This document shows positions 7,619 to 14,678 of a stretch of DNA of 39,720 bases, in pieces. Made by a program: the position numbers and the translations under genes. This DNA is from a virus. The notes under the pieces were generated by a model, which was not told where the DNA came from, made no database searches, and saw only the letters and a program-made list of their open reading frames with translations. Numbering within the stretch: position 1 is the stretch's first letter; every line of letters starts with the position of its first letter. Location: IMG/VR virus record IMGVR_UViG_3300030397_000422, positions 1-39,720 of that record. One strand, 5' to 3'.

Positions 7619-7930
7619 ATGACTGAATTAGTAGAGACGCCAGACTACATCGACCCAGAGGCGCTGCAGGGCTTTCTGGATATGCGCAAGGCTAAAGGAA
7701 AGCGCTTTGCACTCACCACTAAGCGGGCAATGACCCTGCTACTCAATAAGCTGGAGGCAGCTCACAACGATGGCTATGACGTGAATGCCATGCTGGACGA
7801 GGCTACTGTGAATAACTGGCAGTCAGTCTATCCGAGACCCCACCACAAACTGGTGCACCTCGAAGAGACACCAGATCAAAAGCTGCAGAATCGACTGGCT
7901 GAGCTGGCTGATAAATCCTGGGCACACTGA
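7619..7930 (+). CDS. Hypothetical protein, weak DnaD/replisome-organiser-like C-terminal pattern (103 aa)
   Basis: ORF-track 7475..7930 trimmed to ATG 7619 (MTELVETPDY...). LLNKLEAAHNDGYDVNAMLDEATVNNWQSVYP resembles the helical domain pattern of phage replication organisers. This is motif impression only. Confidence 0.4.
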   Translation: MTELVETPDYIDPEALQGFLDMRKAKGKRFALTTKRAMTLLLNKLEAAHNDGYDVNAMLDEATVNNWQSVYPRPHHKLVHLEETPDQKLQNRLAELADKSWAH

Positions 7931-8424
7931 TGCTGCTACGCATTGAGAACGATCGCAGGTTAGTGCCTGCTGACAGGGAAAGCACTCAGCTGATCAACCG
8001 CCACGAGACCGGTGACGTAATCGAGGTGGATATCGTCAAGGAAAAGCAGATTGGCAGCATGAATATGCACTCTCTGTTTATGATCTGGATGCGCGAGACC
8101 TCTGCCTGGATGGCAGCTCACGGCGGACAGCTGGAAGTGACCAAGGATGGCAAGGGCACCGGGGTATTTGTGCCATTCGATGAGAACACCTGCAGGCGCT
8201 ACTTCACCAGCTTTTGGGTAGGCACACCCTCTGAAGGCAGCCATTACAGCTGGGCCAGGTCCAAGGATGCCGCAGAAAAAGAAGGCGGGGTGATGATGGA
8301 TAAGGGCCAGCGGTTCCACTGCATGGAAAAGCACGAGGCTTGGGCTGTGGATCGCGGCATTAAACTCACCGTGCCAGTGAAATCAGAGTATCGGGAACTG
8401 ATGGAGCGAATGAGTGAAAATTAA
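7930..8424 (+). CDS. NinB/Orf-like recombination mediator candidate (164 aa)
   Basis: ATGA-type junction with the previous gene. SMNMHSLFMIWMRETSAWMAAHG parallels the lambda Orf SLDQNRKLWACLGDVSRQVEWHG segment. Similar length and a similar C-terminal pattern. Confidence 0.4.
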   Translation: MLLRIENDRRLVPADRESTQLINRHETGDVIEVDIVKEKQIGSMNMHSLFMIWMRETSAWMAAHGGQLEVTKDGKGTGVFVPFDENTCRRYFTSFWVGTPSEGSHYSWARSKDAAEKEGGVMMDKGQRFHCMEKHEAWAVDRGIKLTVPVKSEYRELMERMSEN

Positions 8425-8698
8425 ACCGCTTTACTTAACACTGAAAAGAAACTGGTTTGACATGATCGACTCAGGCGAGAAGCGCGAAGAGTACAGGGAA
8501 ATCAAACCTTACTGGGAGCAGCGCCTGTTAGGCAAAAACTTCACCCACGTGGAATTTAGAAACGGTTATGGCCGCCACGTGCCCAGTATCCTGTGCCGCT
8601 GCCTATCCATCAAAATCGGCATGGGTAAGCCAGAATGGGGTGCGCCACGCGATAGGCAAGTATTCATTATCAGCCTTGGGCCGCCGCATGAATCATAA
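8414..8698 (+). CDS. ASCH-domain-like protein (94 aa, GTG start)
   Basis: LTLKRNWFDMIDSGEKREEYREIKPYW matches the ASCH/PUA-like N-terminal pattern (xLKxxxFxxIxxGxKxxExR). Confidence 0.5.
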   Translation: MKIKPLYLTLKRNWFDMIDSGEKREEYREIKPYWEQRLLGKNFTHVEFRNGYGRHVPSILCRCLSIKIGMGKPEWGAPRDRQVFIISLGPPHES

Positions 8699-9032
8699 TG
8701 ATTGGCTGGTAGAGGTAGCCAGATACGCCAGGTACTACGGCTGTATTGCTACCCAGCGCAATCCCTGCCAGATACACCACGTGGTAGGCCGGGAAGGCAA
8801 GCACGAGAAAGTGCATATCGGCCACTGGTTCATCCTGCCCCTATGGTGGGAATTGCACGATGTTCACTCCCCCCATCACTACAATGTCACTCACTACCCT
8901 AAGCGATTTGTCGATAAATATGGCAGGCAGCGTGATCTGTTTCGCAAGTTATGCGACGATATGACCGATTCTGGCTTTGTAGTCCAAATTCCTACGGAAA
9001 TCGTGAGTGCAATAGCCGCTACAAGCCACTAA
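8688..9032 (+). CDS. HNH-family / Ref (RecA-dependent nuclease)-like protein (114 aa)
   Basis: ORF-track 8568..9032 trimmed to ATG 8688 (MNHNDWLVEV...). C..x..C-QIHHVVG...ILPL..ELH...HH...FVDKYGRQRDLF resembles the His-Me finger layout of the phage Ref/NinG-type nucleases. Assignment is weak. Confidence 0.35.
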   Translation: MNHNDWLVEVARYARYYGCIATQRNPCQIHHVVGREGKHEKVHIGHWFILPLWWELHDVHSPHHYNVTHYPKRFVDKYGRQRDLFRKLCDDMTDSGFVVQIPTEIVSAIAATSH

Positions 9033-9063
9033 ACTATGGACCAAACAATGAGAACCCCCTTGT

Positions 9064-9390
9064 ATGCTGGACTACCTGCTACTGACACCAAACTGGCTGA
9101 CCGCCTTGGTTTACATTTTGATTGGGATAGTGGGATGGTTCTGCGTAGAGCTATCCACAGTGCACGGGGATACGCGGCGGGCATCGCTGCTCTTTTGTGC
9201 TTTTGTATTTTTCTGTGGAGTCCATCACTTGCTACTACCAGTGATGGCCTGGGAAGCGCTGCATCACTACTGGGATTATGCTATGTCGCTAATTTCGGCC
9301 TATGCGGCATTTCAATATCTCGTGAAGGGCAATTCAATATACATTCCATCACCGAAGGATTACCGCAAATGGAAGCGATTTTACGAATAG
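9064..9390 (+). CDS. Class-I-like holin candidate, 3 TM (108 aa)
   Basis: Three hydrophobic helices (WLTALVYILIGIVGWFCVEL, ASLLFCAFVFFCGVHHLLLPVMAW, WDYAMSLISAYAAFQYLV) and a charged tail KDYRKWKRFYE. The stop is 2 nt before ATG 9393. It competes with the overlapping frame 9036..9392 (see findings). Confidence 0.5.
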   Translation: MLDYLLLTPNWLTALVYILIGIVGWFCVELSTVHGDTRRASLLFCAFVFFCGVHHLLLPVMAWEALHHYWDYAMSLISAYAAFQYLVKGNSIYIPSPKDYRKWKRFYE

Positions 9391-9392
9391 CA

Positions 9393-9635
9393 ATGGAGAA
9401 CGCACCATCCCTGGCACTACCAACCGGCTTTGTGTTGATTGTCTTCTACTTCGTGAATCGCACTCAGCAGCAAGATCAACAGGCATTCAAAGACGGGATG
9501 CTGGAGGCCCAGCACGCTGAGAGAGAGTATCTGAGGCTGCAGCTGGCCCAATGCAGGCGGGATTGCGAAGCTCGGGATGAGCAGATCGCACAACTTACTG
9601 TCAGACTTAGCCGACTTGAAAAAGATGGAACTTAA
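9393..9635 (+). CDS. N-terminal TM + coiled-coil protein (80 aa; i-spanin/antiholin-type)
   Basis: 3-prime part of ORF-track 9036..9635 starting at ATG 9393 (MENAPSLALPTGFVLIVFYFVNRT...). One TM followed by a Q/E/R-rich coiled coil. Confidence 0.5.
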   Translation: MENAPSLALPTGFVLIVFYFVNRTQQQDQQAFKDGMLEAQHAEREYLRLQLAQCRRDCEARDEQIAQLTVRLSRLEKDGT

Positions 9636-9855
9636 TAAAAAAGACCTGATTTTACTGGGGTTTGGGCTTCTCGGCAGCGTCACCGGGGCAGGCAATACCT
9701 ACTATGAGACCCAGGTAGCGGACCACACTGACTACCGGGCACAGATTCAAACACTGAGCGAAGATTTGGTGAACCAGCGCATACAAATATGCCTGCTCAT
9801 CAATGAAATCAATCGACTTAACGGGGCAGACCTTACCAGCTGCGTACCCAATTGA
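9625..9855 (+). CDS. N-terminal TM + coiled-coil protein (76 aa; i-spanin-type)
   Basis: ORF-track 9577..9855 trimmed to ATG 9625 (MELNKKDLILLGFGLLGSVTGAG...). One TM, then a helical region. 11-nt overlap with the previous gene. Confidence 0.55.
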   Translation: MELNKKDLILLGFGLLGSVTGAGNTYYETQVADHTDYRAQIQTLSEDLVNQRIQICLLINEINRLNGADLTSCVPN

Positions 9856-9867
9856 GGAACTACCACC

Positions 9868-10293
9868 ATGACAGACAGACCTATCCGCAAGATCATAATC
9901 CACTGCAGTGACACCTATCGACACATGGACTGGGGCCGCGAGGATATTCGGCGCATCCATGTTGAGGAAAATGGCTGGAGCGATATCGGCTACCACGTCA
10001 TTATTCGCCGTGATGGCAGCCAAGAGATCGGGCGTGACCTAGATGGCGATGGTGACAGCATTGAGCATGTTGGCGCACATGCTTACGGCCACAATGCTGA
10101 TTCGATTGGGATATGCCTGATTGGTGGTAAGCCGAATTTTAATTTCACCTGGGCCCAGCTGGCTGAGCTGAAGAAGGTAGTCGAGTCACTGAAAGTGAAC
10201 TACCCAGAGGCTGAGATAATCGGCCATAACTCAGTGAGCCACAAAGAATGCCCCATGTTTGATGTCGAGGCCATGTTCGAGTACCTGCAATGA
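9868..10293 (+). CDS. Endolysin: N-acetylmuramoyl-L-alanine amidase (Amidase_2 / T7-lysozyme type)
   Basis: IIIHCSDT...GWSDIGYHVIIRRDG...VGAHAYGHNADSIGICLIGG...IIGHNSVSHKECPMFD carries the Zn ligands (His, His, Cys) in the positions seen in T7 lysozyme/PGRP. Confidence 0.92.
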   Translation: MTDRPIRKIIIHCSDTYRHMDWGREDIRRIHVEENGWSDIGYHVIIRRDGSQEIGRDLDGDGDSIEHVGAHAYGHNADSIGICLIGGKPNFNFTWAQLAELKKVVESLKVNYPEAEIIGHNSVSHKECPMFDVEAMFEYLQ

Positions 10294-10706
10294 TATTTCG
10301 CCGCGAGAAACCGACCCTATTCGAAAGCGTGACCCAGACCCTGGCACTGATTGCCCTGGGCAAGCTACAGGCCCGCGAGGCTTTTATGGAAGCCGGGATC
10401 GATAAGCTGATGAGTATCTGCAACGGGTGCGGTGCAGCCAATGCCAAGTTTGATTTTGTGCCCGATACGATCTACGGCCTGGACGTGGGACCAGTCTGCA
10501 ATATCCACGACTTTGATTACCACGTGGGCAGGACTGAGGGGGATCGACTGCGAGCTGACCTGCATATGCTTCAGAATCTGCTGCTGACTATCGAGGCCAC
10601 CAGTTCACCACTACTTAAACCACTGCGCAGGATCCGCGCACTCTCTTACTACCAAGCAGTGAGAGAATTCGGGGCCTCTGCCTTCTTAGATGGAAAAGAG
10701 CCATGA
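10290..10706 (+). CDS. Lysis-cassette protein with phospholipase-A2-like motif arrangement (138 aa)
   Basis: CNGCGAAN (Ca-loop-like xCGxG), then VCNIHDFDYH (C-x-x-H-D-x-x-Y dyad motif), then RADLHMLQNL (AD..h..N). This is the same order as secreted/viral PLA2 modules. ATGA overlap with the amidase gene. Confidence 0.4.
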   Translation: MIFRREKPTLFESVTQTLALIALGKLQAREAFMEAGIDKLMSICNGCGAANAKFDFVPDTIYGLDVGPVCNIHDFDYHVGRTEGDRLRADLHMLQNLLLTIEATSSPLLKPLRRIRALSYYQAVREFGASAFLDGKEP

Positions 10707-10954
10707 AAAAACTGCTTTTGATTTGCATACTCTTCACCCTGGCCAGCTGTGCTGCATGGTCTGAAATGGGCCAGACTGGTGAACCACCCCCTACCCTGGT
10801 CAACCAGTACAAAGCCACTGTGAAAATGGTGGAAGAGCCCAGGGTAACCCGGGAAATCTGGAACTTTGTTGCCAGGAAACTACGCGCTGCCACTGAGATT
10901 ATCGATAGTGAGGGCATCGACTTAGTGATCGAGCACCCTGAACCTGAAGAGTGA
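10703..10954 (+). CDS. Lipoprotein, o-spanin-type candidate (83 aa)
   Basis: MKKLLLICILFTLASC is a signal peptide plus lipobox (L-A-S-C). Pro-rich stretch GEPPPTL. Overlaps both neighbours by 4 nt. Confidence 0.55.
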   Translation: MKKLLLICILFTLASCAAWSEMGQTGEPPPTLVNQYKATVKMVEEPRVTREIWNFVARKLRAATEIIDSEGIDLVIEHPEPEE

Positions 10955-11400
10955 ACCTAGTCCAAATCAAGCCCATGTCTATGAATCAGGCATGGCGAGC
11001 GGTACCAGTTAAGAACCGGCCAGGGATTGCACGCAATGTGAAGTCTCGGCCGTACCGCAAATATGAAATGGATGTATCACTCCAGCTGCCGGCCACTTTC
11101 AAACTACCCCCGCCACCCTATGCCATCTATCTGGAATTCGGTCTCAGCAATAAGAATGCTGACTGGGATAATCCTATTAAGCCGTTTGTCGATATCCTGC
11201 AGGCCCGCTACAAATTCAATGACAAGGAAATCAGGACTGCCCTGGTAACTAAGGTGATTGTGACTAAGGGGCAGGAATACGTGAGGTGGGATATTGTGAC
11301 CCAGCGCGAGACCATCCTGATTCGAATGGTCCGCGCTATCTGGGAAAAGATTGTTGGCTTATCGCCGTTTGGGGTAGACACCAGCGCGTCGAGCACGTAA
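10951..11400 (+). CDS. rusA: RusA-family Holliday junction resolvase (149 aa, GTG start)
   Basis: IKPMSMNQAWR...KSRPYRKYE...LEFGLSNKNADWDNPIKPFVDILQARYKFNDKEI...KVIV matches the RusA pattern (PxSxN..., DxDNxxKxxxDxL, DDxxI). GTGA overlap with the previous stop. Confidence 0.75.
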   Translation: MNLVQIKPMSMNQAWRAVPVKNRPGIARNVKSRPYRKYEMDVSLQLPATFKLPPPPYAIYLEFGLSNKNADWDNPIKPFVDILQARYKFNDKEIRTALVTKVIVTKGQEYVRWDIVTQRETILIRMVRAIWEKIVGLSPFGVDTSASST

Positions 11401-11586
11401 CCGGCGCTTTTTCTGAGATACCCTGTTAGTCCCTGGCTGCAGCTTCGCAGCTGGTCTCATTACCAAGGGCGCAAGCGGCCCTGGATTGCGTATCTTTCGC
11501 TCCACTGTTGCTACGCCTGATGGTGCTGACATTGATGCGGCTACCAATGCTGATAGTGCGGCTAATTTAGTGCTGTGAATTGTCAT
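11359..11586 (-). CDS. Possible small exported basic protein (75 aa)
   Basis: AGGAGA SD 6 nt upstream of ATG 11586, overlapping the stop of the MTase gene. N-terminus MTIHSTKLAALSALVAASMSA is signal-peptide-like, and the rest is Pro/Arg-rich. The last 42 nt run antisense into rusA, so its reality is uncertain. Confidence 0.35.
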   Translation of the reverse strand: MTIHSTKLAALSALVAASMSAPSGVATVERKIRNPGPLAPLVMRPAAKLQPGTNRVSQKKRRLRARRAGVYPKRR

Positions 11587-11596
11587 AGTCTGTCTC

Positions 11597-12400
11597 CTAA
11601 GCGAGTTGGAATACGCCAGGGGCTACTCTATCACACAGCTGAGCAGCCACCTGCCGGATTTTCTCCCGCCAAAATGGGTTGTTAGTAGGTCGGTTGTTTT
11701 CTATCGTGCGGTACAGCTGATCCAGTGACGCCCTGCCGCCATTTACTCGCATAGCAGCGTAGACAGTCTCCTTCCATACACTGGCCCTGGATCGGTTGCC
11801 AATGAAGCGCTCGCGGTACTCCTGTTTCATACTCTCCAGCGCTGCCACCTCGCTGTACAGGAAGAATCCCGATAGCTGTGTTTTCCTATCCTTGATAAAC
11901 GTGGCGAAGCATAGGGGCTTGGTCATATTCTGGAATAGGTTGCGGGGCAGCAGCTCCTGGCCAATGCTCCACTTCTCAGCAAAGCGCATAGTGGTATTGG
12001 CGGTCTGGAAAAAGTACACCGGCAGAATGAATCCTGCTTTCTGCTCATATTCCAGCAGCTCATATATCCTGGCCATGAACTCTTCGAATAGCTTGGCTTT
12101 GAATGGCGGGTTACCAAATACCACAGTGGGGCGATCCGGTAGCTCAGTTGTCAGAAAGTCTCCAGTGATGATATCCCGGCCCGTGTTCTGCCTTGCGAAC
12201 TCTGCCTGCAATGGGTCCACTTCCACCCCTATGCCAGCCACGTGGTCAGGCACGGCCATGAGTAGCCTGCCATCCCCGCAGCTGGGATCGAGCACGCAAT
12301 CACTGCCACTGAGCCCAGGGAAATGCCTGCGCAGTAGCAGCTCAGCTGCCCATGTTGGCGTGTAATACTGATCCAGTGCAGATTGTTTGTATTGTTTCAC
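11597..12400 (-). CDS. N6-adenine DNA methyltransferase (267 aa, GTG start)
   Basis: QYYTP (motif X), VLDPSCGDGRLL (motif I, SAM), FGNPPF (motif IV) in X-I-IV order. ORF-track 11597..12451 trimmed to GTG 12400 with GGGAGGA 4 nt upstream. GTGA overlap with the RHH gene stop. Confidence 0.85.
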   Translation of the reverse strand: MKQYKQSALDQYYTPTWAAELLLRRHFPGLSGSDCVLDPSCGDGRLLMAVPDHVAGIGVEVDPLQAEFARQNTGRDIITGDFLTTELPDRPTVVFGNPPFKAKLFEEFMARIYELLEYEQKAGFILPVYFFQTANTTMRFAEKWSIGQELLPRNLFQNMTKPLCFATFIKDRKTQLSGFFLYSEVAALESMKQEYRERFIGNRSRASVWKETVYAAMRVNGGRASLDQLYRTIENNRPTNNPFWREKIRQVAAQLCDRVAPGVFQLA

Positions 12401-12624
12401 CCTATCCTCCCAGCGTCTCTCAGACCCCTGCGCACCTGGCGCTCTATCCAATCTGCCAGGCTGATACCCTTAGCCGTTGCCTCTGACTTGGCCAGCTCCA
12501 GCAGCATGGTGTTAAACCGGCATGAAAGCCTGCCATCCCTGGCAAAAGCTTTCTTAGCGTGAGTGTTACCCTTCAGGTGCCGGTGAGTTTTCTTAGTCGG
12601 TCCCTTCTTGTTGTCCCTTCTCAC
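12397..12624 (-). CDS. Ribbon-helix-helix (CopG/Arc-like) protein (75 aa, GTG start)
   Basis: ORF-track 12397..12864 trimmed to GTG 12624 with AAGGAGG 6 nt upstream. Basic N-terminus, then RLSCRFNTMLLELAKSEATAKGISLADWIERQV, a beta-strand/helix/helix pattern. Confidence 0.55.
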   Translation of the reverse strand: MRRDNKKGPTKKTHRHLKGNTHAKKAFARDGRLSCRFNTMLLELAKSEATAKGISLADWIERQVRRGLRDAGRIG

Positions 12625-13051
12625 GGGTAGCCTCCTTAAATTGCGCGAAGCGCTGCTCATAGTTGCCATGGCCAAACCAGCTATCGTTGCGCTCGCACCA
12701 CTGCAGGAATTGCTTGATGGTCTCAGCCTCACCGGTATAGAGGTTTTCCCACACATAGCCGTAGACCTCATCGGCATTGGGGCCGCATACCCTTGCACCT
12801 TGGGCCAGCAGGGTGTAATTGCGCTCCCCCAGTACCGGCAGCGGGTCATTGATATCACCGCCACCGGTTACCCAATCCTTATGAAAGCATGGCTCAGCCT
12901 GCTCATCGCGCACCAGATCGTGGGTGTTAGCGCCTTCAGTGTCATAGTCTCGCTGTATCACTTTCAAGCCATCAGGGGCCTTCACCAGCTCAGCTATGCC
13001 GCCGCGTATCTCGATCACTAAATCTGCTTTATCGATTGTTAAGCTACCCAT
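12593..13051 (-). CDS. Hypothetical protein (152 aa)
   Basis: ORF-track 12593..13090 trimmed to ATG 13051 (MGSLTIDKADLVIEIRGG...) with GGAGGTG upstream. No domain recognised. Confidence 0.7.
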   Translation of the reverse strand: MGSLTIDKADLVIEIRGGIAELVKAPDGLKVIQRDYDTEGANTHDLVRDEQAEPCFHKDWVTGGGDINDPLPVLGERNYTLLAQGARVCGPNADEVYGYVWENLYTGEAETIKQFLQWCERNDSWFGHGNYEQRFAQFKEATREKGQQEGTD

Positions 13052-13274
13052 AGAACACCACCTCCGGCAGGTATTGGAGATTGCCGTCACCGTCCCAGGT
13101 TAGAACCCGATCCCGTGTATAGGCATCAGCCCATTGAAATTCACACAGATTACAATTCACTGGCTGATAGACCTCATTGCCATCTACCTCTAATTGCCCA
13201 TGGTGCAGGTCCTCACCCTGGCAGCGAGGGCACACCAGCCCGTAGAAATGCTTATACTCATTGAAACAAATCAT
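13044..13274 (-). CDS. Zinc-ribbon protein (76 aa)
   Basis: CPRC ... CNLC pairs. AGGAGG SD inside the end of the upstream mini-ORF. Confidence 0.7.
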   Translation of the reverse strand: MICFNEYKHFYGLVCPRCQGEDLHHGQLEVDGNEVYQPVNCNLCEFQWADAYTRDRVLTWDGDGNLQYLPEVVFYG

Positions 13275-13276
13275 AT

Positions 13277-13393
13277 TCAGCCTCCTAAGAACGTGGCGAA
13301 GGGTGCCAGCAGGATCAGGATCGCCAGCGCTACCCCTACCGCAAAATCATCCCGTAGCTGCTCGCGCTGCTCGGGGGTTAGTTTGTTTTTCAT
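13277..13393 (-). CDS. Mini membrane protein (38 aa)
   Basis: ATG 13393 (MKNKLTPEQREQLRDDFAVGVALAILILLAPFATFLGG) with a C-terminal TM. Its 20-nt initiation region CAACTGGAGATAGACAGATG is a 19/20 copy of that of the ArdC-MTase gene (16207..16188). Confidence 0.45.
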   Translation of the reverse strand: MKNKLTPEQREQLRDDFAVGVALAILILLAPFATFLGG

Positions 13394-13420
13394 CTGTCTA
13401 TCTCCAGTTGCGTGGCGTAA

Positions 13421-13468
13421 TTGCCACCAGTGCAGCGTCTCGATCCGTGAGACGCTACTAGCTGGCAA
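13421..13468 (-). repeat. Intercistronic structured repeat, copy 1 (extended hairpin right after the DUF932 stop)
   Basis: Minus-strand read: TTGCCA-G-CTAGT-AGCGTCTC-acggatc-GAGACGCT-gc-ACTGG-TGGCAA. It starts at the base after stop TAG (13471..13469). Flanks are shared with copy 2 while the apical stem differs but stays complementary. No U-tract. Confidence 0.8.
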
Positions 13469-14599
13469 CTAGGCCGCTACTGCGTACTGTCCCTCCCATT
13501 GGCGTAGGTTGAATGCCAGAATCTGAGCGCCGATATCCTCCAGCTCGCAGGCCCGGTCATAGTCGGCCAGCTTGGGATCATTGGCCACCTGGGTAACTGC
13601 AGCGTGCAAGCCAAACTGGCTATAGTCACCATCCTGCAGGAACGTGGTCAGGATCGACTCGCGCTCGCTGTCTCTGAGGTCTAGCTCTTTGATAGCCATA
13701 TCAACGGTAGCTGTGGGGTTAGCTGCCTGTGATGTGTTGGCGGCCGCTCTCAGCTGTTCAACCATCTGGCCCACAAACTCAGGATTAGCCAGCGCTTGAA
13801 TGCCATCGCGCACCTCAGCCACGATTGCGGCATCCTGCTTTTTGCGCGTATCGTCGCTGACTATCTCGAAATCAGTACCCTCGATTAGCTTGCCCCCAAT
13901 ATGGTTGCGGCTAAAAGTGAAGACAGATTCCTTACCAAATACACATCCATTGGTGCAGTACCCGTCATAAAAGAAACCCTCGAACTTGAGCGAGCCGTTA
14001 CCCGTCTCTGAATTGCTGAGTCTGAATCCCGGCTTGATAATGCGGGGCTCACCTGTGCGCGTGCGGCGTGTTATCTCGTGCCCCATATCGTCACCAGTGA
14101 ATAGCACTTTGAGATTCATGCGATCATCAGAGACATTGCCGCCGAGTACCTGGGTAGGCAGGTCTGGGCGATTCATAATGGCAGGGAGAGTAGCTTCTAA
14201 TACTTCGAAGTTATCTAGCGTGCGATAGCGATCGCTCATAAATGCACGGGCCTTACCAAACAAGGTGCGCACCATGCGGCGGGACGGTTCGCGCTGGAAT
14301 AACGCATTGACCTCAGCCTCTATCAGGTCAGGGTGCGATTGAGTCAGGCGCTGATAGTGCTTCCATGGGATATTCAGTTTCGCTGCTATCTGGCGCTGCA
14401 TGTTCTCAGTCGCTGCCCAGTTACCGCCCTCGACGCCTGCCAGGGTGAAGCGCTGCTCATTGCGCTGCTCACCGTCCTCGATCACAGTCTCGTGAGTGAT
14501 GCGCATAGCGTCCCGAGTATTGCCGACGAAATCACGCTTGGCGCGGTTTTGCTCCAGTACAGTTCCGATAAGTGTTTTTAAATCTGATCCTAATTGCAT
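13469..14599 (-). CDS. DUF932-family protein (376 aa)
   Basis: ORF-track 13469..14818 trimmed to ATG 14599 (MQLGSDLKTL...) with GAGG upstream; the longer form would overlap the previous gene by 140 nt. DUF932 hallmarks: DRYRTLDNFEVLE, DDRMNLKVLF, PGFRLSNSETGNGSLKFEGFFYDGYCTNGCVFG. Confidence 0.85.
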   Translation of the reverse strand: MQLGSDLKTLIGTVLEQNRAKRDFVGNTRDAMRITHETVIEDGEQRNEQRFTLAGVEGGNWAATENMQRQIAAKLNIPWKHYQRLTQSHPDLIEAEVNALFQREPSRRMVRTLFGKARAFMSDRYRTLDNFEVLEATLPAIMNRPDLPTQVLGGNVSDDRMNLKVLFTGDDMGHEITRRTRTGEPRIIKPGFRLSNSETGNGSLKFEGFFYDGYCTNGCVFGKESVFTFSRNHIGGKLIEGTDFEIVSDDTRKKQDAAIVAEVRDGIQALANPEFVGQMVEQLRAAANTSQAANPTATVDMAIKELDLRDSERESILTTFLQDGDYSQFGLHAAVTQVANDPKLADYDRACELEDIGAQILAFNLRQWEGQYAVAA

Positions 14600-14634
14600 T
14601 TTGATTACCTCAATTAATTGATAAACGGGGCGAA

Positions 14635-14677
14635 TTGCCACCATTGCAGCGCCCCGCAGGGCGCTACTAGCTGGTAA
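14635..14677 (-). repeat. Intercistronic structured repeat, copy 2 (hairpin right after the ArdC-MTase stop)
   Basis: Minus-strand read: TTACCA-G-CTAGT-AGCGCCC-tgcg-GGGCGCT-gc-AATGG-TGGCAA, 1 nt after stop TGA (14681..14679). An alternative pairing GGGGCG...CGCCCC followed by GTTTAT is also possible downstream. Confidence 0.8.
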
Positions 14678-14678
14678 C

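Noticed and set aside
9036-9392. N-terminal 119 codons of the 199-aa ORF as real coding sequence
   Set aside because: I provisionally rejected this in favour of the 3-TM holin frame (9064..9390), whose stop abuts ATG 9393. The evidence is not decisive, so it is kept as a finding.
11401-11470. Terminator after rusA (AGCGC...GCGCT followed by TTTTT)
   Set aside because: The stem is only 5 bp with a 16-nt loop, which is too weak to call. The region may instead be coding for the 75-aa minus-strand ORF.
11796-12365. Plus-strand 189-aa Ser-rich ORF
   Set aside because: It is antisense to the methyltransferase gene, which carries clear motifs I and IV.
14228-14235. Cyanobacterial host inferred from HIP1 (GCGATCGC)
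   Set aside because: Only two full HIP1 octamers were seen (14228, 35-42 of 335xx). Strong GGAGG Shine-Dalgarno usage, lipoboxes and spanin-type genes fit a generic Gram-negative host. The evidence is insufficient for a host call.
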